From the NCBI GenBank assembly GCA_004022145.1, contig RCNU01000004.1: DNA of 64,000 nt; one strand, 5' to 3'. The stretch comes from Paecilomyces variotii (taxonomy: Eukaryota). This document shows positions 1-11,899 of this stretch, piece by piece; the stretch's first letter is position 1, and each line of letters begins with the position of its first letter. Position numbers and translations under genes: made by a program. The notes beneath the pieces were generated by a model. It saw nothing but the letters and a program-made list of their open reading frames with translations, made no database searches and was not told the origin of the DNA.

Positions 1-3000
1 GATCTGGCTGGCTGGTCTCTAAAGATGGTAGTTAGTTAGTTTAGAACCTACACCTGGAAGAAGTACCAAAATAGGATACTTGACGCCAGCCACCCGTACA
101 TATATACTTTAGCTTTACTTTTCGACTTGTATACTTCCTACTACTACTACCACTACTACTACCGCCCCTCTAGCAATACTACTCTATCTATTTACCTACT
201 TAGATCGTGAATGACGTCGTCATGTCTTTTTGTTCTGTAATTATTTTTCTTTTTTCGGTCCCTCTCATCCGAAAAAAAAAAGGCGCAGTTGCACGTACCT
301 GGCTGCAGAATCTAAATGCCCCCACTGATCTCCCTCTCTGCATATCTGGAATAGATAACTGGGGAAAAGAGGGTGTGGCTTGATCTATTCAACTTTCTGA
401 AGATTCTATCTTTATTTGGCAAGATGGTTTATCGTTGTTCGGTACCCGTTGTTGGGAGGGCAGAGGGGATGAGGCGCCGAAATGCAAGGGGTTGCGAAAA
501 TATAAGATAGTAACGGCCTGGAGGAGTTTGGTGATAAGACACCCACCCACCTGCACCCACGATAATCTGCTGTATCTAGCCTAGCCGATTTTACGTACGA
601 GTATTGTACTGGATTGGTGAGAGAAGAGAAAAATAGAGAATATAGAGAGTTTGGTAAATATATGGCGATGGGCTGTGGCCGCGTCATACTAATGGCGTTG
701 GAAGGTTACAGTTTTGGGGGGCTTATCGAGTATTTTCGGCGTATCTAGACGATGAAATCTTAAGCTTTTGCCTTATGGCTTGCTTTTCCTTTCAGGTCTA
801 CAACCGATTGGAAGCTACAGGCTCGCTTCCTTAGGTAGTTGTTGGATATCGACCGATGCACCTGTGCCCGGGTTGACCTGCAGCTATGTCTTTGGCGGTA
901 ATAGTGGATAGATTATAGATACAGCTTGCAGTCTTGGGACGATAGCCGGCAAATGTAGCTGTGAAGGTAGAAGAGGGTTATCTGATGAGACGCATGTCCG
1001 TTTTTGGGATCGATGTTCGCTGCGAATGATATTGGATCGACTGCTAGTTCTGCAACAGACCCCTGCCTTATGATGATCATCAGATGACCCTCTGGGGCCA
1101 ATGAATAGACGAGACATTTCAAGGCCAAAATCTGCTTGGTAGGGATTTGCATCTCTATTGTCTGTACCTGCAGAAATCTTGCAGCTGGATTTGTACGTGT
1201 ATGGAAAAGACCCGCAATAGGTTTCAGTCTCAAAGCTTCGACTCGAACAACCATCTTCTACTTCGTGCGAGCTGAATTGGGAGCATGTATGCTCGCGTAC
1301 CTGCATCCTGATCTTAGCTGGGAGGGACTATTCACATACTATGCCATTTGATGTCAATTATTGACATAACTGGTAGACATGTAGCTTAGCTATCCAGCGA
1401 CTGACTTATCTACCTATTATCTTTCCCGCTGTGGACCTTTGAGAAGCCTCACCAAGAGATTTCCCTAATGGACGAAGATCTGACAGGCTTTCAGCAGATA
1501 CAAGCTATTGCGCAGGCAGTGACTAAGCTTATGTGGATTCGAGATTCGTGTTGGACAACCGGACTCGTTCTAGGTGGGCAAAGCCAACACTCGCCACCAC
1601 ATGAGAGTACCTAGAAGGAACCTATTCTCTGATCATTTCCTTGTAGGGAGAAACTAGTAGCCCTGTGGCTACACAGTATGGTTTCCTTTCTTATCCATCC
1701 CTGTATTGTTTTCCTGTCTCACAATTGCTATGGGAACCTGTGAGTTTAACACCCTCCATGGGGAAGATCACGGGGCCTCATGTCTTTTGCACACGCAGGA
1801 AAGCTCAGTTATACCAAGCAATGAGGCACTACTCATGCACTCATGCGAACACGAGATATGAGCGGAGAAAAGCCAAATAACTATGAGAATATCGGGGTCC
1901 GATCAGTGCTCGCACACAGCGCCATCGCCTGCTAGACGGATGTTACTTGTACACCCGGCGACGGCGTTGCTTAAACAGCTTCCTGTTTATTATAGATTAA
2001 GAGAAAAAAAAAATCTGGTATAGATGCTGTGTCTGCGGCGAGTGGAGTGGAATATCTTAGACCTTAAGTTACTCTCTCTATATGCGGATTAGTACCGGCC
2101 AAGAGATGGGAAGTGGCTCCGCTTCGTTGAGCGAGCAGGCGCGAGTGAGTCAATTTTCGAGAGTTTAGCTATAGTTCTCTCTATAAAAATGATAGAATTT
2201 TGTAGTTAGTAGAAACGATCCAGTTGCACGTCCTCAATAGTCCCCAAAACCCAGATACCAGTGTCGTCATTTGGCTCGGCGCAGGCGTCGCAGTTGCTAC
2301 AGTTTCTGTCCTTCCAGGAGGCTCAACTTTGATCCTAATCATTCCCCAAAAGCACCGATATGATGAAACTGCCCTATCCGGACGAATGGGACAAATGGCA
2401 CGTTGCGCACGAACCGATGCGGAAGCTAGAGAGTGTGCACGGGCAGCTCAGCCTGAGACAGAATGCCTGATGAATGGAATAGATCGAAAAGATAGTGGCT
2501 AAGTGGGCAAAGAGCAGATGAAACGACATCTTCGGTACCGAGGCGCAGAGGGATCGAGTCTGGAGATGGTAGCAGTCGTTCTCTGTTTGACAGCTTATTG
2601 GTTATTGGTGTCTTGTTCCGTCCCAGCACGCTGGTACAAGCGAAAGAGGAACAGATTTTGCCAGGGCAGCAGATGCCCCTTGCTGAGACCAGTCCTCTGC
2701 TGCAGGGGGATGCGACAAATATTGGCCGTAATTGGGTGAGATCGTCCTATTATTGTCAATGAGTAATTGACTGACTAGAGTTAGTACTATAGCACAGAAT
2801 AGCTTCCCAAAACTTCGACACGAAATGCTAGAAAGGACAAAGAAAGAAAAACTTGAATTTTTAGAATAATAATCCCATCCCCACTGTCGAGACTGATCAA
2901 AAAACGTGGATGAGCACTATGAGCCTAGCGGCCTGCGAACAAGTCGTTCATGCACTGGAATGACAAATGTCACGATTAGGTTCGGAGCTTTTCTTATTCG

Positions 3001-4293
3001 CTTCCGGGTGTCAGATCCCAAAAGCACAGAAGGAGAGTTATCAGCCAATCAAATAGGCTGAACGGCCAAAATCCGGCACAGATAGAGATCCAGGTTAGCC
3101 TGCGTGACCCAGGATCTGGGTCCGGCAGCCCGGACAGTAGTTTTAGTCAAGTCCATCCAAACTAGCGCACCACTCGGTCGGAGAGCTTGCGGCCATGAAA
3201 GATGGTGAGACGAAGTATACTACGGAGTACTAGTACTGAAAAGAGGGGTATGTTGTAGTAAGTAGTGGCCGTGCGTGGACCACCGCCTGGAAAGTGGATT
3301 GATCCAAGGCTGTGGATTGGGGTCTGCGAGAGTCCCAGCCTCAGTTGACAATACCCGCGTGGAGACGTGAGTCCAAGACTCCAAACTTCAAAGAGTCCAA
3401 ACAGATGGATGACGATAAATATCCGAGGCTACGTAGATACGGGCCTTCCGAACTGGGCCCGGCAGAAGAAACCGTCTTCCCGTCCCGCGAGCAAGTCCGA
3501 GAGCGCTCCGCCTCCGCACCATCTAGGGTTGTACCATGGTAGCGGCTCGTAAGAAGACTCGGTTGAAGTTGATATATCAACATATCGTAGGAGCCTAGGA
3601 TCAGTTTAACATTGTAGAGGGGTAGTAAGACAAAGGACACAGAATGACCAATGGCGTCCTCTTGCGAGCTTCGTCAAAGAACAGCCAAACATTGCGCACT
3701 GGATTAACAAGAAATCACAGGCGAGGGCTGAAAAAAAAAAAAAGAAGTTCAGATCTGACCACTTTATTCCGGGGACTGTACCATAGTTGATATGACCAGT
3801 AAATGTAAGAAGCCCATGGCGGGGTATCATTATTCGCATTGAAGCGGCTCTTACGCCGGCAAGAAGGTTCGCATGAAGTTCGCATGATATGGCGTGCCCC
3901 TCAAGAGAACAAGTGTTGGCACTGGCAGGGTCCGATTATCCCGGAGACGGGCCGTCAACCTTGAACAGTGGAGGCGAACTCGCAACCATGGTAATTGCTC
4001 AAGACTAATCTGAACAGAGTAGATATTTACCTGCCTCAATTTTCGACGTGACAGGTGCCAGGCAGTTGGTCTAGAGCTGCTAAGGTCGTAAGCGATCACA
4101 AAATCTGACGCAGTCTTTGGTGCTAGCATGAGCGTTGAAAAAAAAGAGCCAGCAGCACGCAATGTTCGTAATATCACATACCAGATGCTTTCCTGAGGCC
4201 AGTTACATGCAAGCCCAGCGCGACAATAAGCACACGATGCAGGATGGTTCGTGGTGGATGGTAATAATATTTACATAGCAGATGCAGGGACCG

Positions 4294-4354
4294 GAGAGAT
4301 GAGAGATGAGAGATGAGAGATGAGAGATGAGAGATGAGAGATGAGAGATGAGAT
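4294..4354. repeat. Tandem heptamer repeat (GAGAGAT)x8 plus a partial unit
   Basis: Eight perfect GAGAGAT units at 4294-4349, then GAGAT; read directly from the sequence. Confidence 0.95.
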
Positions 4355-6379
4355 CTCCGGCATTTTCTTCCAATATTCACACCCGACTGGTCGCCTGATC
4401 GGGGAATCGGATGCCTCATATAGATGCCTCAGGTGTCGTTCCGTGCGTTCCTGGCAGCAATTTTCCTCCCGCAGTCGAAGATGGCCTCTCTGGCCGTGCA
4501 CAACAACCTCATGGTTCGTCGGGGAATCGTCGATGAGCCTCAAGAAATGGACCCCGGAAGCGGCGAGCAAGTGCCAGCGAGCCAATCGGTAGCGTCATGG
4601 CCCATCTTGGTCGCTCGATCATTCCTCAACGTGATGGCTTGCTTCCAAATATTGGGACGCTGACAAGTGACAGATCATAAATCCAGATCGCGCTGTGTGG
4701 AGGGGCAACCAAACCCCATCACCTCCAATGTGCTCTACCACTGGCTCATCTTCAGAACGCCGGTCGGCCCATTACGACAGCCATTTACCATCTTGGGCCA
4801 GATACGTGAACGATGCGAGTCATGGGTAATCTAGAGTATTCGCCTCATGTTTAACCGTCATGGCGATGGTCTAGCAACAGTCGCGTCCAGAACCAAGGCC
4901 AGATTGGATTGGGACGGAAACTAATCTTCAACAACCAGTCCTACTCATACGATGATCGACGTATTGGGAAAGAATGATCGCTTCGTCGATGTACCGGTAG
5001 GGCGGAAGACCCGGCGTCTCGAGCGCTAGGTCATCATCGAGACATGCTACATTCCCAATCATTCACTGCGATCCGGTTCGCCCGCTTGTTTGGACCCAGG
5101 GTTGCGGACGTTCCTGAGCGGAAGCTCTCCAGGAAGTGGCATCTATGATTTGAAAGAGTTTTGGCTACGGTGATAGGTTGTTTGGATTCCAGGTCGACGG
5201 GACCATAATGAACCATCTTTACAAACAGTGGGTTCTCGAGCAATGACTGGAGAGTCCAGGAGCGCCAAGCAGTGGGTTCATGATGTGCGTCTGATCGCCC
5301 GTCGATAAACTCCACCATCGCCACAAATAGCACTGCCTGAGGAACGAATGACTGACTATACGAGGCACTGGCGCGGCTGTATGTTATTTACCAACAGTGC
5401 AGTGGGTAAATAATGCGTATGGGTTTTACTGTACGATGAATCTGGGCCGGTAATACTAGCCCCTGATCAGTAAGATATAGATCTCGACCGCAGCAGATGA
5501 TCGAACCAATTTCAACTAACAATGGTCTTATTTTCAGAACCGTTTGATGACGCTTTAGTCTCTTCAACATTGGAACATCCACGGTCCTTCCCGATTCTGC
5601 TAGCCAGATTTCTCCAGCTGATACTGGCCCACCTGGACAGATCGAGATGCTACTAATAGTTCCCGCCAGGAGACCAGGTTTGCACAGACCATCGCTCGCC
5701 GTCAGATCGACCTAGCCTACTCGGGATCCACGCTCCCTAGTGGGATCAATGGACGAGGGAGATCGTATCATATTTGACCTTTTCGGGGAGACTATCTAGT
5801 CTGCTGTGCCCAGACACCGGGTTCCTAAGCCGGAGAATGCAGGCATGTACCGTTTGGGAATCAAGCGCCCTTCCCCTCCATCGTCATCGCAGACATATCT
5901 CGTCCCAGCTGCTCGCGAGGGCCCGTGATAATGACCATGTCTCGTCCACCATGAGCATACAAATCTCCAAACGTCTGAAGATCACACGGCGTCCGAACCG
6001 CAATTTTCCTTAAAGAGGCCCGAATTGTGGCGTTGATCTGGAGATGATGGCTGTGGCTGTCTGGAGTGGCGCCTGGGTGGTACCTGGATAATACATCACA
6101 ATGGCATTCAGCGTAACTACCACTGGTCTTCCCCACAGGTCAATGCACGGTGGCGGCAGATCTTTCAGGGTCTTATGCTGTAATCGCATACGCAGGTCCC
6201 AGACGCCGATCCGGATAAAATACAGGGAAGTGGGTTCATGGCCCGGGCGAGGTGCTCGACGATGAGCAGCAGTTGAACTCTGGAAAGCATCCGAAAGTAA
6301 ATAAGCAGCGGGAAGCTTAAGGTTTAGCCTCGCTCACATTTCAAGAAGAGTGTCTTTGTGGGACGAGGACCGTATCAAG

Positions 6380-7148
6380 CATTCCATCGCCCCATTCCCC
6401 ATATGAGATGCATGATGGACTCTTCGAATCTGCTTAGTGGGTGCTTATGTCCAGATTGGGTCAGATGCAGAACTGCTATCGAGAGACTACCAGATGAGAT
6501 ATGATCCGCAGGGCAGTGGTGCCACCAACTGATTCTCGATACAGTGAGGGATGGCTGTGGGAGGCTTGTAAACCTACTCCAAGATACTCGACGGGCCACA
6601 ACTGCAAGGTCGAGCTGTCAGAAGCTAAACGGCAGGGGAAATCCTATAAACCATTTGAACCCACCCCTCCTTCCCTAGGGAAAGTAAGACAATTCAAACC
6701 TTTCAGTCCTGGCAGATATCTCAGTTAATCACATCCCCTTGCTGAGCCTTCCCATCCAACTCTCCATTTGCCTGAAACCCCAATTCGAGAGCGCGTCTAA
6801 GGGCAATTCTTCCACGAGGAACCAAAGGTCGCCGTCCTGTCCAACCTCCCCAGATTGACGCGCGACTGTCACGACCCTTATTCGAGCGGATTCGTATTCG
6901 ATCGTCCACTGCTAGGACGGTAGGATTGAACCTCGTTCCCGAGGAATCATAACCCACATTCCAGGCCTTGCTTTGGCATCACAGGCACGCGTCGCGTTTG
7001 CCGTCAATCTCTAAAATAGCAATGGCGTTTGAGTGTAAGTCTAATCGTCCCCGCCCTCGAGGCCGGATATATGAGGCGAGGAATTTGTTATTTGACCTCG
7101 TTGTCCCCGGTGCCCTGGACCTGCTTCTCCCTCCACCTGCAACATTCT
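6380..7148 (+). promoter_or_regulatory. brlA proximal promoter region: TATA-like box and candidate AbaA response elements (CATTCY)
   Basis: TATAAA at 6645-6650; CATTCC at 6380-6385, 6393-6398 and 6957-6962, CATTCT at 7143-7148. CATTCY is the established AbaA site and AbaA feeds back on brlA; the motifs are short, so function is inferred. Confidence 0.45.
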
Positions 7149-8630
7149 TTCTCCCGCTCATTACCTAAAGTTTTATCACGTTCCTTTCACCAACTTCAGC
7201 ACGAGTCGAATTCTTTCTTTTCTGTCTCCTGGATTCTTCTCTCTTCACACATCGCAGAAGAAGTTCAAGATCACAGGAGCCTAACAATCATTTGAACAGG
7301 CGGAGACATCATTGATCCTATCCTTAATCAGATCGACCACGAGGACACTGAAGATATGAGATCCGAGTGCAATATGTCTGACAGACTCACCATCGACGTC
7401 GACTGTGGTTCATATGGATCGAGCGAGTGTCCTTCTATGGCCTCGAGTTTCTCGCCTTTGGATTCACCCACCCCGACCCCAACCACTATCTATAGTCAAG
7501 GGTCCCTGGCCTCACCCGGCTGGCCCGACGGACAGTCATTCTCTGGCCATCACTTCGAAACAACCCATGCAACCACTCCTTTGAGGAGCAGCTTCCGTCT
7601 TGCAGAGATGACCTCGGACGGCATGCAGCTGCCCTATGCTAACATGGATGGAAACTTCGATTACTTGCCCGGCTATGCCGACAGCGGCGAGCAGCTCTGG
7701 ATCCAGTCGGACATGCCCAAGGGCTATGACAACGGCAACCCTTTTCCTTATCAGCCAACCATGCCGCAGTACAATCATATGGCTAGGAACTATTACCATG
7801 GCGGCCAGCGTGGTTACCTTCCTGAATCCGTCTCCAACCCCTGCTTGTCCCGTCCTATCTTTCATCAACCAGAACGGCTTCCGAGCTCCATGTCGATGAA
7901 CAGCATCCCACAGTGGATGCCATCTGCAGATGCCATCTCTCCTCAGACTATCACCCCGTCTCAGGCGTTCCCAGAAGCTCCCGTCACGCCGCCTCCTTCC
8001 TACTCCGCGTTCCCCGCCTCCATCCACAGTCTCCGCACTCACACACCGACGACCCCTATTCGATCTAGTCCCATGACGACCTCATCTAGCTCAGGGACGC
8101 CAATGACTCGTGTATCTTGCGGTGGTAATGAGTACATGGAAGATGACTTCAACTTGTCTCCTGGTATGCGTGAAAGTCTCAGACAACGACAGCTCCAGAG
8201 GCGCCCTTCCAAGAAGACCGTTAAGAAGCCGGTCCCCAAGCAGAGCCTCAAGCTTGAGAACTTGCCCTCCATCATCAAGCAGGTTCAGTTCCGATGCAAG
8301 GAGCCAGGTTGTAAAGGTCGATTCAAGAGGCAAGAGCATCTCAAGAGGCACATGAAGAGCCACTCCAAGGAGAAGCCTCATGTATGCTGGGTGCCAGGAT
8401 GCAACCGGGGTTTCTCCAGAAGCGATAACCTCAATGCACACTACACCAAGACTCACAGCAAGAGGGGTGGCCGCAACCGCTATGTTGCTACCCTTGACGA
8501 GACAAGCCCTGACTATGACCCAGACTTCCGCGGTCAATTGACCCCTGATGGTCGTCCCATTTATGGCTCCAAGCTGGATGACCCGATCCCGCAGGCCCAG
8601 GAGACCGACATTGACAACTGGGACGACTAA
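7022..8630 (+). CDS. brlA: BrlA-beta isoform: exons 7022-7034 and 7300-8630, adding a 23-aa N-terminal extension [23 protein letters not shown]
   Basis: ATG GCG TTT GAG T then donor GTAAGT (7035); branch CTAAC 7281-7285; acceptor CAG 7297-7299; the spliced frame is stop-free and in phase with ATG 7356. Confidence 0.75.
7356..8630 (+). CDS. brlA: C2H2 zinc-finger master regulator of conidiophore development BrlA (alpha form, 424 aa)
   Basis: Two C2H2 fingers ([47 protein letters not shown]) followed by [34 protein letters not shown], and N-terminal [19 protein letters not shown], all characteristic of BrlA. Confidence 0.97.
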   Translation: MRSECNMSDRLTIDVDCGSYGSSECPSMASSFSPLDSPTPTPTTIYSQGSLASPGWPDGQSFSGHHFETTHATTPLRSSFRLAEMTSDGMQLPYANMDGNFDYLPGYADSGEQLWIQSDMPKGYDNGNPFPYQPTMPQYNHMARNYYHGGQRGYLPESVSNPCLSRPIFHQPERLPSSMSMNSIPQWMPSADAISPQTITPSQAFPEAPVTPPPSYSAFPASIHSLRTHTPTTPIRSSPMTTSSSSGTPMTRVSCGGNEYMEDDFNLSPGMRESLRQRQLQRRPSKKTVKKPVPKQSLKLENLPSIIKQVQFRCKEPGCKGRFKRQEHLKRHMKSHSKEKPHVCWVPGCNRGFSRSDNLNAHYTKTHSKRGGRNRYVATLDETSPDYDPDFRGQLTPDGRPIYGSKLDDPIPQAQETDIDNWDD

Positions 8631-9303
8631 AGGGACCATTATGGTCAGACATCCTCGTTACCGGGAGTTTCTTTTTCCTTCTTTTAGATTGGTACAGACG
8701 CAGGGCAAGGCAGGCCCGGGCTGGCGCTTCACGGCGTACTTGTACAACTCCAAATACCTTTTGTGGCATCTGTTTTTATTTTTTTCTGTCGAATAATTCC
8801 CATTTTGTTATTATCTGGCGTCCATGTTGTGTCTTGTCATCGCTGCATAGTTGGGAACCGTTGATACTCTTATTGGTCTGGATAACGTTTCTATCCTTGT
8901 GTTTTTACTTTTTTTTCTTTTCTTTTTTTGAAGACTCATGTATGATCAAAAGATTCTTGGACGCGTTTGGACATGGAATACGCGATATGGTTTAATATGA
9001 ATTAGATAGTAGTTAGCTGCTAGCTAGCGTCAAGCAATGAGGATAGTTGACAATGACATGAAGTTGAAGTCGAAGATTCCCGTCTCTTGGTCACGTGGTC
9101 AAGTCATCCATCGTATCCAATCGTCGACAACCGACATCCTCGCTTCCTGAGACCTCAATTCTCAGCGCTCAGATACCTCCGTCCCGCCTGTTCATGAAGC
9201 TATACAACAGCTATTCGTAAGTCTTCCTTGTTTTCCTCTTTGCATGGCGCCGTCTCTATGCTGAACTGTATTTTGACCCGCGTGTTCGTGCGTTTGTCTC
9301 GGA

Positions 9304-10566
9304 TCACGCAAACGCTTCCCCGATGCCATCCTCATCTACTCCCAAGCCAATCTTTCCAATAGCCCCACCCTTTTCAATAATTCTATGTCCTTCCCGCAGT
9401 CCGTTAAGTGTCAAACGCAGCCGACGCGTCAAATGACATTTGATTGTGCCGGACTCGATGAGGCCCGTGAGCTCCTTGAGGATCTTGCCATGCGATTCTA
9501 CATCCACATGGTAATATGGCTTGGTTCCAAGCAGACACCAAATGAAAGATAGCGACTTGGCCATGAATTGTGTTCCGTACATTGGTGTGTGGCCCTGGAC
9601 GATCGAGCAGACTTTCCCGAATGGTGCCGCGATTCGACCACAGACTTCCATGTATTGGTCGGTCGTGTGGGTGATGAAAATGTACCTGCGCAAGCAAGAA
9701 GGTTTGTTACAAACGAACGCCGACGGGCCGATATCCGGGAATAATGATATGCTCGGATTCTCTTACCTCAGCGGGACATCTAAGCCCAGCGCATTGATCT
9801 GCTTTTCGAGATCCTCCCTGTGATTGATTACATGCGTCGCGCCCATTTCCTTCACCCATTCGGTCGTATTCGGCCTCGAAGCTGTCGCGATCACCACAGG
9901 CAGATTGAGGACCCGACGTGCTATCTGGATGGCGACAGAACCTACCCCGCCAGATCCATTGATGATGAGTAGAGCCGCACGCTCCCCTTTCGGGATCTCC
10001 AACCTCTCCACCAACGCCTCGTACGCCGTGATATACGTCAAAGGCATGACAGCTGCCTGGGTCCAATCAAGGTTCCGGGGCTTATGGCCCACGCTTCGCT
10101 CGTCAACGACCTGATACTCCGCATTTGAACCCTGCCGGATCGGATTCCCGGAGTAGTAGACATCGTCTCCTTTCTTAAACAGTTCACAATCTTGTCCGAC
10201 TGCTATGACTGTACCCGCCGCATCAAAACCGCAGATCTGGAATGGCCGCGGAGCGTTCGCGTAATAGTCTGGCCGCAGCGTATGATGAGTCCATTGTTAC
10301 ATTAGGTCCAGCCTACGGTAGTCACATACCTGGATAGTCATCATACTTTCCCGCACGGACTTTGGTATCGACTGGATTGACTGAACAGGCTTGAATTCTT
10401 ATTGAGGCTTCGCAGTTAGCACCGATACCACCAAGGGGCTCGTAAAGGACGATGAGATCTCTTACCGCACTAATAAGTCTCGGCCGTCAGGACCTCTTGG
10501 GTCAGGGAGCAGTTTGGGCACAAGATTCTCCACTGGTCCATATTCCTCGACTCCGATCGCCTTCAT
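9304..10566 (-). CDS. Zinc-binding alcohol dehydrogenase / quinone-oxidoreductase-like MDR protein; exons 10566-10466, 10397-10330, 10268-9767, 9685-9304
   Basis: Spliced protein MKAIGVEEYGPVENL...ACSVNPVDTKVRAG...GFDAAG...PLTYITAYEAL...NGSGGVGSVAIQ (Rossmann motif)...GAIGKI; canonical GT-AG introns preserve the frame. Confidence 0.88.
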
Positions 10567-11899
10567 TGCGGTTTAACAGATGTAGTCCCAGGAAAGGAAT
10601 GAAATACCTGCGGAAAGGATCCCAATAAACTAATATTACAGCTGTCTGCATCAATGCTCTATCAATGAACGTTCCACGGGATGGAGTTCAATCTTCTCAG
10701 CTATCAACACCTGAAGCATACAGATATGTCGTCATTATGAAAGGACGTGCGCGTAACTGTCAAGCAGCACCGTTGCACGTCAGCTCTGCAACTCTAATTG
10801 ACCAGCGGATAAATCAACCGATATCTATAATCTGGTGCTGCGCGGCTAATTCTTCAGCATGGCTGTACCAGGCTGACGATCGTCTTTTGGCCTCAATAAT
10901 GCCCAATGTGAGCAACGAATCTCAGGGAGGTTGATAAGTCATAAAACGATCGGCCCCGGTACATTCGGAAGAGGTCACTGGGCTAGATATCCATGCGACA
11001 ATAATTGGTCCTGCGCTAGCTAACAGATCCTAGTCCTCGATAGGGCGCGCCGATGCAGGACCGGTGTTAACCTTTCGGCATTCTTTTCCTTCACGAACCA
11101 CGCGCGCCAACGGCCATAAAAGCCATCCGCGAACTATTTAACTTAGCTAATCTTCAATGAGAGTAAGGCAACAACGCCTGACTTTAACTAGCGAATACGG
11201 CGGCCAGAAAAACTGGAATAAAATCATAAAAACTTGGATAAACTACATAAAGAGTTCAATACTTTTATGGTGATCTTTGGGATCGGCGCTCGTATTCATG
11301 TCTACTGATATGATTGCCATTGATTGGTGTCTTTTTAGGCACGCTATTTCCTTTCCGCCCCCCGAGTTTGTGGCTCTGTTCGGGCCCCCCATCGATCATC
11401 GACACGATGTGCCTGATAGCATGGATCAAGATCTGGCTGACTAGTTAAGCTCAATGAAAATGATGAGTCTCATCAATCACAATGAGTGCCTATCTTCAAG
11501 ACCATTGGATAAAACAGTCATGGTCGGCACCAGCGTTAGTGTTATATAGTAGTCAACTTTAACAGTGATCTCTAGTTGAAAGGTTCACTTATCATTTCGC
11601 CGAAATGGAGTTCGCTCGGCGGTTCGGATATACATCCCCGATTCTTGCGCAGTGTTGGTATTTTTGCCTATTATTATTATCCATGGCATTATTATGCACG
11701 GAAGGTACTGTACATGTGGATCGGTATGATCACTCACAGACTACAGTAGTAACTACTGATTTAACCAGCCACAAAATTTGAAATCTTTCACGGTTCTCTT
11801 ACGTCAGAGTCTTTCCCTGGTTGCTAGCAATGGCAGTTTCGGGTAGTTACTCAGAGCAATTGGGCCTGAGTAACTTCTTTACAACAACTATCTCTTCTA

